From assembly GCA_038324015.1 (NCBI GenBank), contig JBBQHN010000003.1:1-41705 (forward strand): a stretch of 41,705 bases of DNA, given 5' to 3'. A program made the position numbers and the translations under genes. This DNA comes from Candidatus Limnocylindria bacterium (GTDB lineage Bacteria; Chloroflexota; Limnocylindria; P2-11E). The notes below the pieces were generated by a model. The model saw only the letters and a program-made list of their open reading frames with translations. It made no database searches and had not been told where the DNA came from. Shown piece by piece: positions 33,461-41,705 of the stretch. The stretch's first letter is position 1. Every line of letters starts with the position of its first letter.

Positions 33461-34080
33461 CAGCGACGCCCCGCCACGAAGTCGAGCATCGCGGCGACGA
33501 CCTCGGGCCCATACGGCGCATGGAACATCCCGACCGAGTGCTCTTTCCCGCCGAACATGAGGAGCGTCTTCGGTCCGTCACAGACCTCGAAGGTCCGGAG
33601 GACGTGTGGCGCGGCACCATAGGTGTCCTCGTTCGCGCAGATGAACAGCTTTCGTCCGCTGACCTTGCGGGACAGCGCATCGTCGACCGCCTGCACCGGC
33701 GCCGAGATGCTCACGACGCACTCGACGTCGCGTTCGAACGACGACCCGAGCACGGCGTGGCCACCCATGGACGCGCCGACGAGCGCGATCTCCCGCGCGC
33801 CGGCCCCCTTGAGCCAGGCTTTGGCAGCACCCACGTCGGGGACCGTGGACTCTGACGTCGTCTTCCCGGTCGATCCGTCGTAGCCGCGGAAGTTCAGCGC
33901 GAGTGCCGGGACGCCACGGGCGACGAACTTCGGCGCGAGGTCCCGCCAGCCGGTCGCGTCCCAGCTCTGACCGTGACAGAGGATCACGGCACGCGATGCC
34001 GGCAGCGTCCCATACAGATCGGCCTGCAGTGTGTCGGTCCCGCTCTCGAGCCGCACGGTGCGCACCCCGACGTCGCTCAC
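33460..34080 (-). CDS. Alpha/beta-fold hydrolase
   Basis: LCHG, NFRGYDGS, GASMGG nucleophile elbow, late Asp (NED) and His (KEHS). Confidence 0.85.
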   Translation of the reverse strand: MSDVGVRTVRLESGTDTLQADLYGTLPASRAVILCHGQSWDATGWRDLAPKFVARGVPALALNFRGYDGSTGKTTSESTVPDVGAAKAWLKGAGAREIALVGASMGGHAVLGSSFERDVECVVSISAPVQAVDDALSRKVSGRKLFICANEDTYGAAPHVLRTFEVCDGPKTLLMFGGKEHSVGMFHAPYGPEVVAAMLDFVAGRR

Positions 34081-34106
34081 GGGCCAATGGTGCTACAAAA
34101 ACCGCG

Positions 34107-36473
34107 ATGGCACGCACGATCTCGACCGACGCTGAGCGCCTGCGGAGCGAAGCGACGCCGGCGTTCCCGCATTGGGAAACGACCAAGGACGTCGTCGACG
34201 AGTTCATCGACCTCTCACTGAACTACCGGCAGAGCGGCCACCCAGGCGGATCGCGTTCGAAGGTGCACCTGCTTCTCGCGCTCATGCTCTCTGGCGCGAT
34301 GCGCCACGACGTGCTGCGTCCGTGGCGGCCGTTCGGCGACCGGTTCGTGCTTTCGGCGGGCCACACGGTGCCGCTCGTCTACGCGACGCTCGCGACCCTC
34401 AACGAGGCGATGCGCCTGCGACACGAGCGCACCGGTGACCCGCGGTTCGCGTTCCCACACGACGGACGGTTCACGCTCACCTGGGAGGATCTCCTCGGCC
34501 TGCGCCGCAATGGCGGGCTCCCGGGGCACGCTGAAATGAGCGGGAAGTCGCTCTTCCTCAAATGGAACACCGGTCCCTCCGGACACGGCATGCCGCCGGC
34601 GGCCGGCGAGGCGGTGGCGTTGAAGATCGCGGGCTGCGAGGAGGTGAAGGTCTTCGCCGTGGAAGGCGAAGGTGGCCTCACGCCCGGCGCCTCGCACGAG
34701 ACGCGCAACTCGGCGTGGGGCCTGGGGCTGTCGAACCTCGTGTTCCTCCTGGACTGGAACGACTTCGGGATCGACGAGAACGCGGTCTCGAGCGTCGTGC
34801 ACGGCGGGCCACGGGACTGGTTCGAACCGTACGGCTGGCGGGTCGTCGGCACCGAGCAGGGAAGCGAGTGGGACGAGGTCACGCGGGTCGTGCTCGACGC
34901 CGCTCGCGGCGCGAATCCAGACCATGTGCCGACGGTCGGCTGGTTCAAGACGCGAAAGGGCCGCGGGTACCTCAAGTACGACTACAAGTCGCACGGCTCC
35001 CCGCACGCCATGAACAGCGAGCTCTTCTGGCAGGGGCGGAAAGAATTCATGGCGAAACACGGCGTCGAGTACGCCGGTGTCGACCAGCCCGCGCCGAAGG
35101 ACGCCGCCACGATCGCGGCACAGGCGCGAACGAACCTCGCTGTCGCGGCGTCGGTCCTCCGCAAGCGGACCGACGTGGTCGACCACCTGACCGACCGGTT
35201 GAGCGCGATCGCCGCGTCGGTGCCCGAGACGATCCCCACGTTCCGCCTCGGCGGCAAGGGCACCGGCATCTTCAACGACGAGCGGATCTACGACTACGAG
35301 CGCTACCCCGCGGGCATGTGGGCGAAGCCGGGCGAGAAGAAGCCGAATCGCGCAGCCCTTGCGACCTGGGGCGCCTGGGTGAACAGCTACGCGAAGACGC
35401 AGTACGGCCGGCCGCTGTTCATCGCGATGTCCGCCGACCTCGCCGAGTCGACGAACATCTCCGGCTTCATGAAGGGGTTCGAGGGTGTCGAGGGCTGGGG
35501 CTGGTACCAGCGCGACACGAACCCGACCGGCACGCTCCTCCCGCAGCAGATCACCGAGTTCACGAATGCCGGCATCGCCTGCGCGATCGCCTCGGTGAAC
35601 CTCGCCGACGATCCGTTCACCGCCTTCAACGGCTTCTGGGGCGCCTGCTCCACATACGGATCGTTCTCCTATCTGAAGTACGGCGAGATGCGGCTGTTCA
35701 GCCAGCTCGCGCAGGACTGCGACCTACGGCTCGGGAAGGTGCTCTGGATCGCGGGCCACTCCGGACCGGAGACCGCGGAGGACTCCCGGACCCACTTCGG
35801 CATCTTCGAGACGGGGGTCACCCAGCTCTTTCCCGACGGCACGGTCATCGACGTCCACCCCTGGGAGCACAACGAGGTACCGGTCGTCATCGGCGCGGCG
35901 CTCCGCGCGACGGCGCCGATCGTCGCGCTGCACCTCACCCGCCCCGCGGTCGACATCCCCGATCGCGCCGCGCTCGGGATGCCGTCGCACTTCGCCGCGG
36001 CCAAGGGCGCCTACGTCCTGCGCCCGTACCGCGTGGCTGCGCCACGGATGGGCACGGTCTTCGTCCAGGGCAGCTCCACGACCGCGAACCTCGTAAAGAT
36101 CCTCCCACGCCTCGACGAGGCCGGCCTCAACGTGAAGGTCGTCGCTGCGATCAGCCCGCAGCTCTTCGCGCTCCAGGACGAGGCCTATCGAGCGTCGGTC
36201 GCATCGCCCGCCGACCGGATCGACGCGATGGTCATCTCGAACCGTGCCCGGCGCGTCATGAGCGACTGGATCGATCACCCGATCGTCGCCGAGTACTCGC
36301 TGACGTCGGACTGGGATGACCGCTGGCGCACCGGCGGCAGCGTCGACGAGGTCATCGCCGAGGCGCACCTGTCGCCGGACCACCTCTTCGCCGGCATCCA
36401 ACGGTTCGCGCGGGATCGCGCGGCCCGGCTCGCGAGACTGCGCGAGATCGTCGACGGCGCCGCCACACCCTGA
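34107..36473 (+). CDS. Transketolase-like ThDP enzyme (divergent)
   Basis: QSGHPGG, DRFVLSAGH, LPGH, NTGPSGHG, GEG-X28-N ThDP motif, SADLAEST, ITEF, EDSRTH. ATG at 34107. Confidence 0.85.
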   Translation: MARTISTDAERLRSEATPAFPHWETTKDVVDEFIDLSLNYRQSGHPGGSRSKVHLLLALMLSGAMRHDVLRPWRPFGDRFVLSAGHTVPLVYATLATLNEAMRLRHERTGDPRFAFPHDGRFTLTWEDLLGLRRNGGLPGHAEMSGKSLFLKWNTGPSGHGMPPAAGEAVALKIAGCEEVKVFAVEGEGGLTPGASHETRNSAWGLGLSNLVFLLDWNDFGIDENAVSSVVHGGPRDWFEPYGWRVVGTEQGSEWDEVTRVVLDAARGANPDHVPTVGWFKTRKGRGYLKYDYKSHGSPHAMNSELFWQGRKEFMAKHGVEYAGVDQPAPKDAATIAAQARTNLAVAASVLRKRTDVVDHLTDRLSAIAASVPETIPTFRLGGKGTGIFNDERIYDYERYPAGMWAKPGEKKPNRAALATWGAWVNSYAKTQYGRPLFIAMSADLAESTNISGFMKGFEGVEGWGWYQRDTNPTGTLLPQQITEFTNAGIACAIASVNLADDPFTAFNGFWGACSTYGSFSYLKYGEMRLFSQLAQDCDLRLGKVLWIAGHSGPETAEDSRTHFGIFETGVTQLFPDGTVIDVHPWEHNEVPVVIGAALRATAPIVALHLTRPAVDIPDRAALGMPSHFAAAKGAYVLRPYRVAAPRMGTVFVQGSSTTANLVKILPRLDEAGLNVKVVAAISPQLFALQDEAYRASVASPADRIDAMVISNRARRVMSDWIDHPIVAEYSLTSDWDDRWRTGGSVDEVIAEAHLSPDHLFAGIQRFARDRAARLARLREIVDGAATP

Positions 36474-37456
36474 CCGGCCGCCCACCCGATCGTCGGACCC
36501 GGATCGCGGTCGACGACGTCGCCGCGCATAACCAGCGGATGTGGGACCGCCTCTCGGCGGCCGGTATCCCGTACACCCGGCCGCAGGGCACGCCCCCCAA
36601 GTCGGCCGCGGGGAAGCGCCGCTTCCTCGATCCGAACGACCGCCTCGCCGGCCTGCCGATCAAGGGACAACGCGTGCTCGCGCTCGCGGGCGGAGGCGGA
36701 TGGCACCCCGTGCTGTTCGCCGAGCTCGGCGCCGAGACGACGGTGCTCGACATCAGCGCGAAGCAGCTCAAGGTCGTGCACGAGCTCGCGCGCGCGCGCG
36801 ACGTGAAGGTCCGCCTGCTGCAAGGGGACATGCGCGACCTTTCGGAGTTCGCGGATGGCTCGTTCGACATCGTGTGGCACAGCCACTCGATCGTGTTCGT
36901 GCCGGACGCGGACCGCGTCATCGCCGAGGTCGGGCGTGTCCTCGGGCCAGGCGGGGTGTACCGCGCGTCGACGATGCACCCGGTCACGCTGCGGATGTAC
37001 GGCACCTGGACCGGCACGGGCTGGGGCTTCAACCAGAGTTATTTCGCCGACGGCGCGGTCCCATTCGAGGATGCGACCTGGGAGTTCAAGGACGTGAAGG
37101 TCGAGGCTGCCACGCTCGAGTACGGGCATCGCATCTCCGACCTCATCAACGCCTGCGTTGCCGCCGGACTGGTCGTCGACGGGTTCTGGGAATCCACACC
37201 GGGCGAGATCTCGACGAAGGTGCCGCTGCGGGCGCTGACCCGCGAAAAGCTGCTGGCGGAGCTCGACGATCTTGAGCCGGGATCGGACGACGCGCTCGAG
37301 CGCTACCTGCCCGCGTTCATCGAGTGGCGCGCGCGGAAGCTCAGTCCGACGAGCGGGAGCGGATCTGCGACGAGTACTGCCGGGCGATCTCCGAAAGCTT
37401 CCGGATCGCGACGGGGATATTCACCGACCAGCCGACGCCGACCACCTTCTCGGTGA
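36470..37456 (+). CDS. Class I SAM-dependent methyltransferase; start uncertain (CTG 36470 vs ATG 36539)
   Basis: VLALAGGGG, LDISAKQL, GDMRDLS, SFDIV, RVLGPGG. The in-frame upstream DDVAAHNQRMWD looks like part of the protein. Confidence 0.82.
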   Translation: MTGRPPDRRTRIAVDDVAAHNQRMWDRLSAAGIPYTRPQGTPPKSAAGKRRFLDPNDRLAGLPIKGQRVLALAGGGGWHPVLFAELGAETTVLDISAKQLKVVHELARARDVKVRLLQGDMRDLSEFADGSFDIVWHSHSIVFVPDADRVIAEVGRVLGPGGVYRASTMHPVTLRMYGTWTGTGWGFNQSYFADGAVPFEDATWEFKDVKVEAATLEYGHRISDLINACVAAGLVVDGFWESTPGEISTKVPLRALTREKLLAELDDLEPGSDDALERYLPAFIEWRARKLSPTSGSGSATSTAGRSPKASGSRRGYSPTSRRRPPSR

Positions 37457-37652
37457 ACAGCACGTCGCTGTCCGGATCCCAGTACGCCTGCTTGATGCGT
37501 GCGAGGTCCGGCACGCGGAAGTCGTAGGGCACCACGCCCGCGACCTTGCCGTGCCAGGTGCGTTCCTCGGCCGGCTTCTTGAGCTCCTGATAGAGGGCGC
37601 CGAAGAACGCGAGCCAGATGAGCGTGCGGAGGAGACTGACGAGATCCTTCAT
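37341..37652 (-). CDS. Small membrane-anchored hypothetical protein (DUF5808-like)
   Basis: One N-terminal helix, then WHGKVAGVVPYDFRVP...YWDPD...FT...GVGWSVN. ATGA overlap with the upstream gene. Confidence 0.7.
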   Translation of the reverse strand: MKDLVSLLRTLIWLAFFGALYQELKKPAEERTWHGKVAGVVPYDFRVPDLARIKQAYWDPDSDVLFTEKVVGVGWSVNIPVAIRKLSEIARQYSSQIRSRSSD

Positions 37653-39688
37653 GCCGTAAGTATCGATGCAGGCGGCGTGCCGCCGCTCGGGCGGTCACCC
37701 AGCACCCGGACCCGCGTCCCCAGTACCAACGCCGCGAGGTACAGCCCGGCGACGACCACGAGCAGCCAGCGGTAGCCGGTGAGGAGCGCGGTGTACTCCA
37801 ACACCCCGCCGAGCGTGGCGCCGATCAGGTTCGATGCGAAGGCCATGTCCGCGCTCCGGGTGTCTTGGAACGAGCGAGTGAACACGAGGTTCGCGAAGAA
37901 GACCGGCGCGAACGCGACGATCGCCGCAAGTCCATACCGGAGCCAGGCCGGCTCGACGAGCAGAGCCGACGGTGGCAGCAGGAAGGCGATGCCGAGCGCC
38001 AGCCCGAGCGCGGCATAGAGCGGTCCACGCCGTGGATGCAGGCGCGCATTCACCGCGATCGCAAGCAGCACGCTGAGCAGGATCGCGAGGAACACCAACG
38101 CGTTCACGAACCAGGTCGTCCCGAACAGCAGACCGAAGGTCGCAAGGCTGCGGGTCTCGAGCAGCAGGAACGCGGCGCCGAGGGCGAAGAAGTGCGGGCT
38201 GAACGCTGCGACCGGCGTCCGGCTCTCGCGAGCGACGAGGAGCGTGCCGCCGACGGCCGCGATGAGAACGAAGCCGAGCGCGCCGATGTATGCCGGATCG
38301 ATCCCCCGCTGATGCAGATACAGGAACGGCCAGTCGTCCGTTGCCGGAGCCGGTACGGCGGCGGCCGGCGCACCGCCTCCAGTCCCTCCGGGGACAGCCA
38401 TCAGCACGGCGGCCGATCCGATCCCGACGTTGAACGACTCGATCAGCGGCGGAGCGCCGAACACGCTCGTGAGCATCCCGGCGATCTTGTCGACGAGCCA
38501 TGGCTGCCGGTAATAGTTGTAGAGAACGAACACCCCGTCGGGGGTCAGGTGGTCGCGGGCGCTCGCGAACGCTTCGGTGGTGAACAAATACGACTCGAGA
38601 CGCAGGTTCGCGGTGGTGCTGACAAGCGTGAGCGAGTCGGGTAGCGCGAAGATGATGAGGTCGTACCGCGCAGGATCGGATCGCAGGTACGCCCGGCCGT
38701 CGTTGACGTGCCGTTGCACCCGCGGATCGTCGTACGGCCGGTTCGGATGCTGCGCAACACCGATCTCGAGGATCCGAGGATCGATCTCGACGGCGTCGAT
38801 CGCGGTGACGTTGTGCGCGATGGCATAGGCGACATCCGTGCCGCTTCCCGCGCCGACGATGAGCGCGTGTGCGAACACGCGACCCGGGTAACGCCTGTAG
38901 ACCTGGTCGTAGAAGACCTCGGGCTGGTCGCCACCGAGGCTCACCGGGTGCATTGCCTGATGCGGGATCCCGTTGACGTAAATGGACTGGTCCCAACCGG
39001 CAGGCGACTCGACGTAGATCCGGTAATAGGGCGACCAGACCTCGCCCGAATGGCCATAGGTCGCGGATGCGTAGACGACGGCGAGCATGATCACCGCGTT
39101 GGCGACGGCGGGCCAGCGCGACGCTCTGCGCAGCTCGAGCGCGACGATGGGGAGCGCCAGCACGGCGAACCAGACGGCGGGCGGGAGACTGAACGACGCG
39201 AGCAGGCTGAACGCGACGATCCCGACGATGGAACCTCCGATGTCGAGCGCATACGACCGCAAGGGTGTTTGCGCGCGCAGCAGACCTCCGAGCGGCAGGG
39301 CGAGCGCCATGAGCACGACGACAACGAGCACGAACACGATCGGCAGCACGATGAAGTTCGTGTCCGCAGCGTGACTCTCACTGAGACCGAACGCGATCTC
39401 GTTGCCGGCCTTGAACTGCAGCTCGAGCTTCTCGTGAAGCACGACGCCGACGACGACGGCCAGGAGCGCGGGGAACGGCGACACCACCGGGCGCACCGCG
39501 CGGCCGAGCAGGATGCCAAGACCGATGCCCAGGAAGCTCGCCATCAGGATGTAGTTGGAGAAGAACCCGATGTAGATCACGTTCGCGGGGATCCAGCGCA
39601 GCAGCAGGAGCTCGGCATAGAGGAGCGCCGCGCTTGTCAGGACAAGCTGAACACCTGGGCGCGCAAGCCTGCGCGCGAGCGGTTCGAT
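37649..39688 (-). CDS. Polytopic membrane protein with a central spermidine-synthase-like SAM/dcSAM-binding domain; start upstream of 39580, exact codon uncertain
   Basis: Transmembrane blocks flanking WSPYY, VNGIPHQ, VGAGSGTD, AVEIDP, DGRAYL, ATDDWPFLYL. The first helix (LVLTSAALLYAELLLLRWI) lies in frame upstream of the ORF-track start. Confidence 0.8.
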   Translation of the reverse strand: MEPLARRLARPGVQLVLTSAALLYAELLLLRWIPANVIYIGFFSNYILMASFLGIGLGILLGRAVRPVVSPFPALLAVVVGVVLHEKLELQFKAGNEIAFGLSESHAADTNFIVLPIVFVLVVVVLMALALPLGGLLRAQTPLRSYALDIGGSIVGIVAFSLLASFSLPPAVWFAVLALPIVALELRRASRWPAVANAVIMLAVVYASATYGHSGEVWSPYYRIYVESPAGWDQSIYVNGIPHQAMHPVSLGGDQPEVFYDQVYRRYPGRVFAHALIVGAGSGTDVAYAIAHNVTAIDAVEIDPRILEIGVAQHPNRPYDDPRVQRHVNDGRAYLRSDPARYDLIIFALPDSLTLVSTTANLRLESYLFTTEAFASARDHLTPDGVFVLYNYYRQPWLVDKIAGMLTSVFGAPPLIESFNVGIGSAAVLMAVPGGTGGGAPAAAVPAPATDDWPFLYLHQRGIDPAYIGALGFVLIAAVGGTLLVARESRTPVAAFSPHFFALGAAFLLLETRSLATFGLLFGTTWFVNALVFLAILLSVLLAIAVNARLHPRRGPLYAALGLALGIAFLLPPSALLVEPAWLRYGLAAIVAFAPVFFANLVFTRSFQDTRSADMAFASNLIGATLGGVLEYTALLTGYRWLLVVVAGLYLAALVLGTRVRVLGDRPSGGTPPASILTA

Positions 39689-39695
39689 CGCGGGC

Positions 39696-40298
39696 CTAAC
39701 CGACGCGCGCTGGTGTCGGCGTCGTACCCGGTTTCACGAGGGGCACGGCCCGCGTGCACTGCGGGCAGGCGTCTGGCGCGTACGTCGGGATGGCGACGTC
39801 CCAGAGCGCGATGACCGGCAGGTCGCCGAACGTCGCCTGTCCGGCGGAGCGATCCACCAGGACCCCCACCCCCACGACCTCGGCGCCACAGGCGTTCACG
39901 GCGTCGATCGTCTCCTGCACCGAGCCCCCGGTGGACATGATGTCGTCGACCACGAGGACGCGCTCGCCTGGCTGGAGCTGGAAGCCGCGGCGGAACTCGC
40001 GGCCGGGACCAGCGGCGACGCGCTCCGCGTAGACGGCGCGCACGCCAAGCTGCCGGCCGACCTCATGGGCAAGGATGATGCCGCCGGTCGTCGGGCCGGC
40101 GACGGTCTGCACATCGAGCGCGCGAGCCGATTCGGCGATCGCCGCGCACAGTCGTTCGGTCTCCTGCGGCCACTGCAGGACCTGGAACTTCTCCAAGTAG
40201 AAAGGAGAGTGCTTGCCCGAGGAGAGGAGAAAGTGTCCTTCGAGGTAGGCCCCGGCGCGGGAGAAGATGTCCTCGACGACGGTCGATCCGATGCGCAT
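39696..40298 (-). CDS. pyrE: Orotate phosphoribosyltransferase
   Basis: GHFLLSSGKHS, VAGPTTGG, VLVVDDIMSTGGS PRPP motif, LVDRS. Confidence 0.93.
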   Translation of the reverse strand: MRIGSTVVEDIFSRAGAYLEGHFLLSSGKHSPFYLEKFQVLQWPQETERLCAAIAESARALDVQTVAGPTTGGIILAHEVGRQLGVRAVYAERVAAGPGREFRRGFQLQPGERVLVVDDIMSTGGSVQETIDAVNACGAEVVGVGVLVDRSAGQATFGDLPVIALWDVAIPTYAPDACPQCTRAVPLVKPGTTPTPARVG

Positions 40299-40348
40299 CT
40301 GGCGAAAAGTATGCTGCCTCGCCGCCCTCGGCGCGCTAGCATCGAGCC

Positions 40349-41020
40349 ATGGCCGTGACCCAGCGACCCCTCACGACCCGCCGCGATATGGTGAAGATCT
40401 TCTCCGAGGACCGGCTGATCGGCGTCATCCGGACGGCGACGCCGGCGCTCGCCGAGCGCGCCGCGCGCGCGCTCGCGGAGGCGGGCGTGCGCCTCGTCGA
40501 GATCACCTTGACCGTGCCGGATGCGATCGAGCTCATCGCGAAGCTCGCGAATGACAGCGCGTTCCGCGACACCGGTGCGGTCATCGGCGCCGGGACGGTC
40601 CTGTCGGGCGCGCAGGCCGAGGAGTCGCTCCTCGCCGGTGCGCGCTTCCTCGTGAGCCCCGCGCTGGTGCCGGACATGATGAAGGTGGCGAAGGCCCACG
40701 ACGCGATGTCGATGCCGGGCACGCTCACGGCGACCGAGATGGTGGCCGCGGCTGACCAGGGCGCGGACTACATCAAGGTCTACCCGGTCGCGACGGTCGG
40801 AGGTCCCGCGTACATCGCGAACATCCGGCGCGCACTGCATCTCCTGCCGCTCGTCGTCACCGGCAACATCGGCTACGACGAGATCCCGGAATACCTCACG
40901 GTCGGTGTCGTCGGCTTCGGCATCGGCGGGCCGCTCATCCCGGCCGAGCTCCTCGCGAACGGCGATCACACGGCGCTCGTGACGAACGCGCGGAAGTTCC
41001 TCGCGGCAACGCGCGCGTAG
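40349..41020 (+). CDS. eda: KDPG/KHG aldolase
   Basis: IGVIR, LVEIT, IGAGTVL, GARFLVSP, PGTLTATE, IKVYP (Schiff-base Lys), GGPAYI. Confidence 0.85.
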   Translation: MAVTQRPLTTRRDMVKIFSEDRLIGVIRTATPALAERAARALAEAGVRLVEITLTVPDAIELIAKLANDSAFRDTGAVIGAGTVLSGAQAEESLLAGARFLVSPALVPDMMKVAKAHDAMSMPGTLTATEMVAAADQGADYIKVYPVATVGGPAYIANIRRALHLLPLVVTGNIGYDEIPEYLTVGVVGFGIGGPLIPAELLANGDHTALVTNARKFLAATRA

Positions 41021-41026
41021 CGGGGT

Positions 41027-41705
41027 ATGCCGCGCGACCTTCCACTGGGGAACGGCGACCTTCTGGTCACCTTCGACGCCCGCTATCAGCTCCGCGACAT
41101 CTACTACCCACAGGTCGGCCTCGAGAACCACACCGGCGGTGAGCCGTGCCGGTTCGGCGTGTGGGCCGACGGCCGGTTCGCCTGGACGGGCGACGACGGC
41201 TGGGAGCGCGACCTCCGTTTCGCGCACGAGACGCTCGTCAGCGACGTGACCCTCGGCCACAGCGGACTGGGCATGCGGATCCGCTGTCGTGACGCCGTCG
41301 ACTTCGACCGCAATCTCTATCTCAAGGAGGTCACGGTCGAGGACGTCACCGGCAATGACCGCGACGTCCGCTTGTTCCAGCACTTCGACGCGCACCTTTG
41401 GGGCAACGACATCGGAGACTCCGCGTTCTACGACCCCCGCACGCGCGCGATCGTCCACTACAAGGGGCGCCGGTACTTCCTCATCACCGGCGTGAACGTG
41501 AAGGGTGAGTCCGGGCTCACGTCGTTCGCGATCGGATTGAAGGAAGCGCTCGGCCGCGAGGGAACCTGGCGCGATGCCGAGGACGGCGACCTGTCGCGCA
41601 ACCTCGTCGCGCAGGGCTCGGTCGACAGCGTCGGCATGCTCGGGCTGCACGTTCCGGCGAACGGGATCGCGACCGCGACGTTCGTCATCGCCGCAGGACA
41701 GACGT
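41027..41705 (+). CDS. Glycoside hydrolase family 15 (glucoamylase-like), N-terminal part; runs off the window
   Basis: Manual translation: MPRDLPLGNGDLLVTFD...RDIYYPQVGLENH...IGDSAFYDP...HYKGRRYF...EGTWRDAEDGDLSRN...QGSVDS. Confidence 0.82.
   Translation, partial: MPRDLPLGNGDLLVTFDARYQLRDIYYPQVGLENHTGGEPCRFGVWADGRFAWTGDDGWERDLRFAHETLVSDVTLGHSGLGMRIRCRDAVDFDRNLYLKEVTVEDVTGNDRDVRLFQHFDAHLWGNDIGDSAFYDPRTRAIVHYKGRRYFLITGVNVKGESGLTSFAIGLKEALGREGTWRDAEDGDLSRNLVAQGSVDSVGMLGLHVPANGIATATFVIAAGQT

Noticed and set aside
105-41650. Many long alternative-frame and antisense ORFs (e.g. 7006-8676 +, 23002-24498 +, 34562-36319 +, 31375-32874 -, 39896-41650 -)
   Set aside because: They shadow well-supported genes, are Arg/Ala/Pro-rich without motifs, and are expected from stop-codon scarcity at high GC.

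Overview
High-GC (~70% by eye) bacterial chromosomal segment, gene-dense, with no mobile element or CRISPR array. Gene content suggests Chloroflexota or a similar monoderm lineage, but that is inference only. Left to right: a pgk(partial)-gap-ROK-DUF4388-malK operon; a sugar/osmolyte locus (5776-16340); hit-typA; a heterodimeric ABC exporter with a +1 frameshift; HAD; coaBC-coaX-coaD; hutI plus glutamate formiminotransferase; two stand-alone cNMP-binding proteins; GNAT plus NSAR/OSBS; an aquaporin; tRNA-Lys(UUU); nitronate monooxygenase; XRE plus hydrolase; an atypical transketolase; a methyltransferase; a membrane spermidine-synthase-like protein; pyrE; eda; GH15(partial). The best candidate for an undescribed system is the divergent locus at 6382-16340. 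One arm carries DedA coupled to a single ORF fusing a membrane PAP2 phosphatase (variant PSGD motif) to an MngB-like GH38 alpha-mannosidase. The other arm carries a Ggs/Mgs-like glycosyltransferase, a GDE-type glucosidase, an MggS-like GT4 and a tandem-USP-GpgS fusion. Together these look like a synthesis-and-recycling system for glucosylglycerate/mannosylglucosylglycerate or a related glycoconjugate. Other signals: at least nine genes with a -10 hexamer 6-8 nt before the start (leaderless), four genes whose conserved N-termini lack an ATG/GTG/TTG start (CTG likely), and a REP-like inverted repeat inside a 29-aa ORF between coaD and coaX. All family assignments come from motif recognition; no database search was run.
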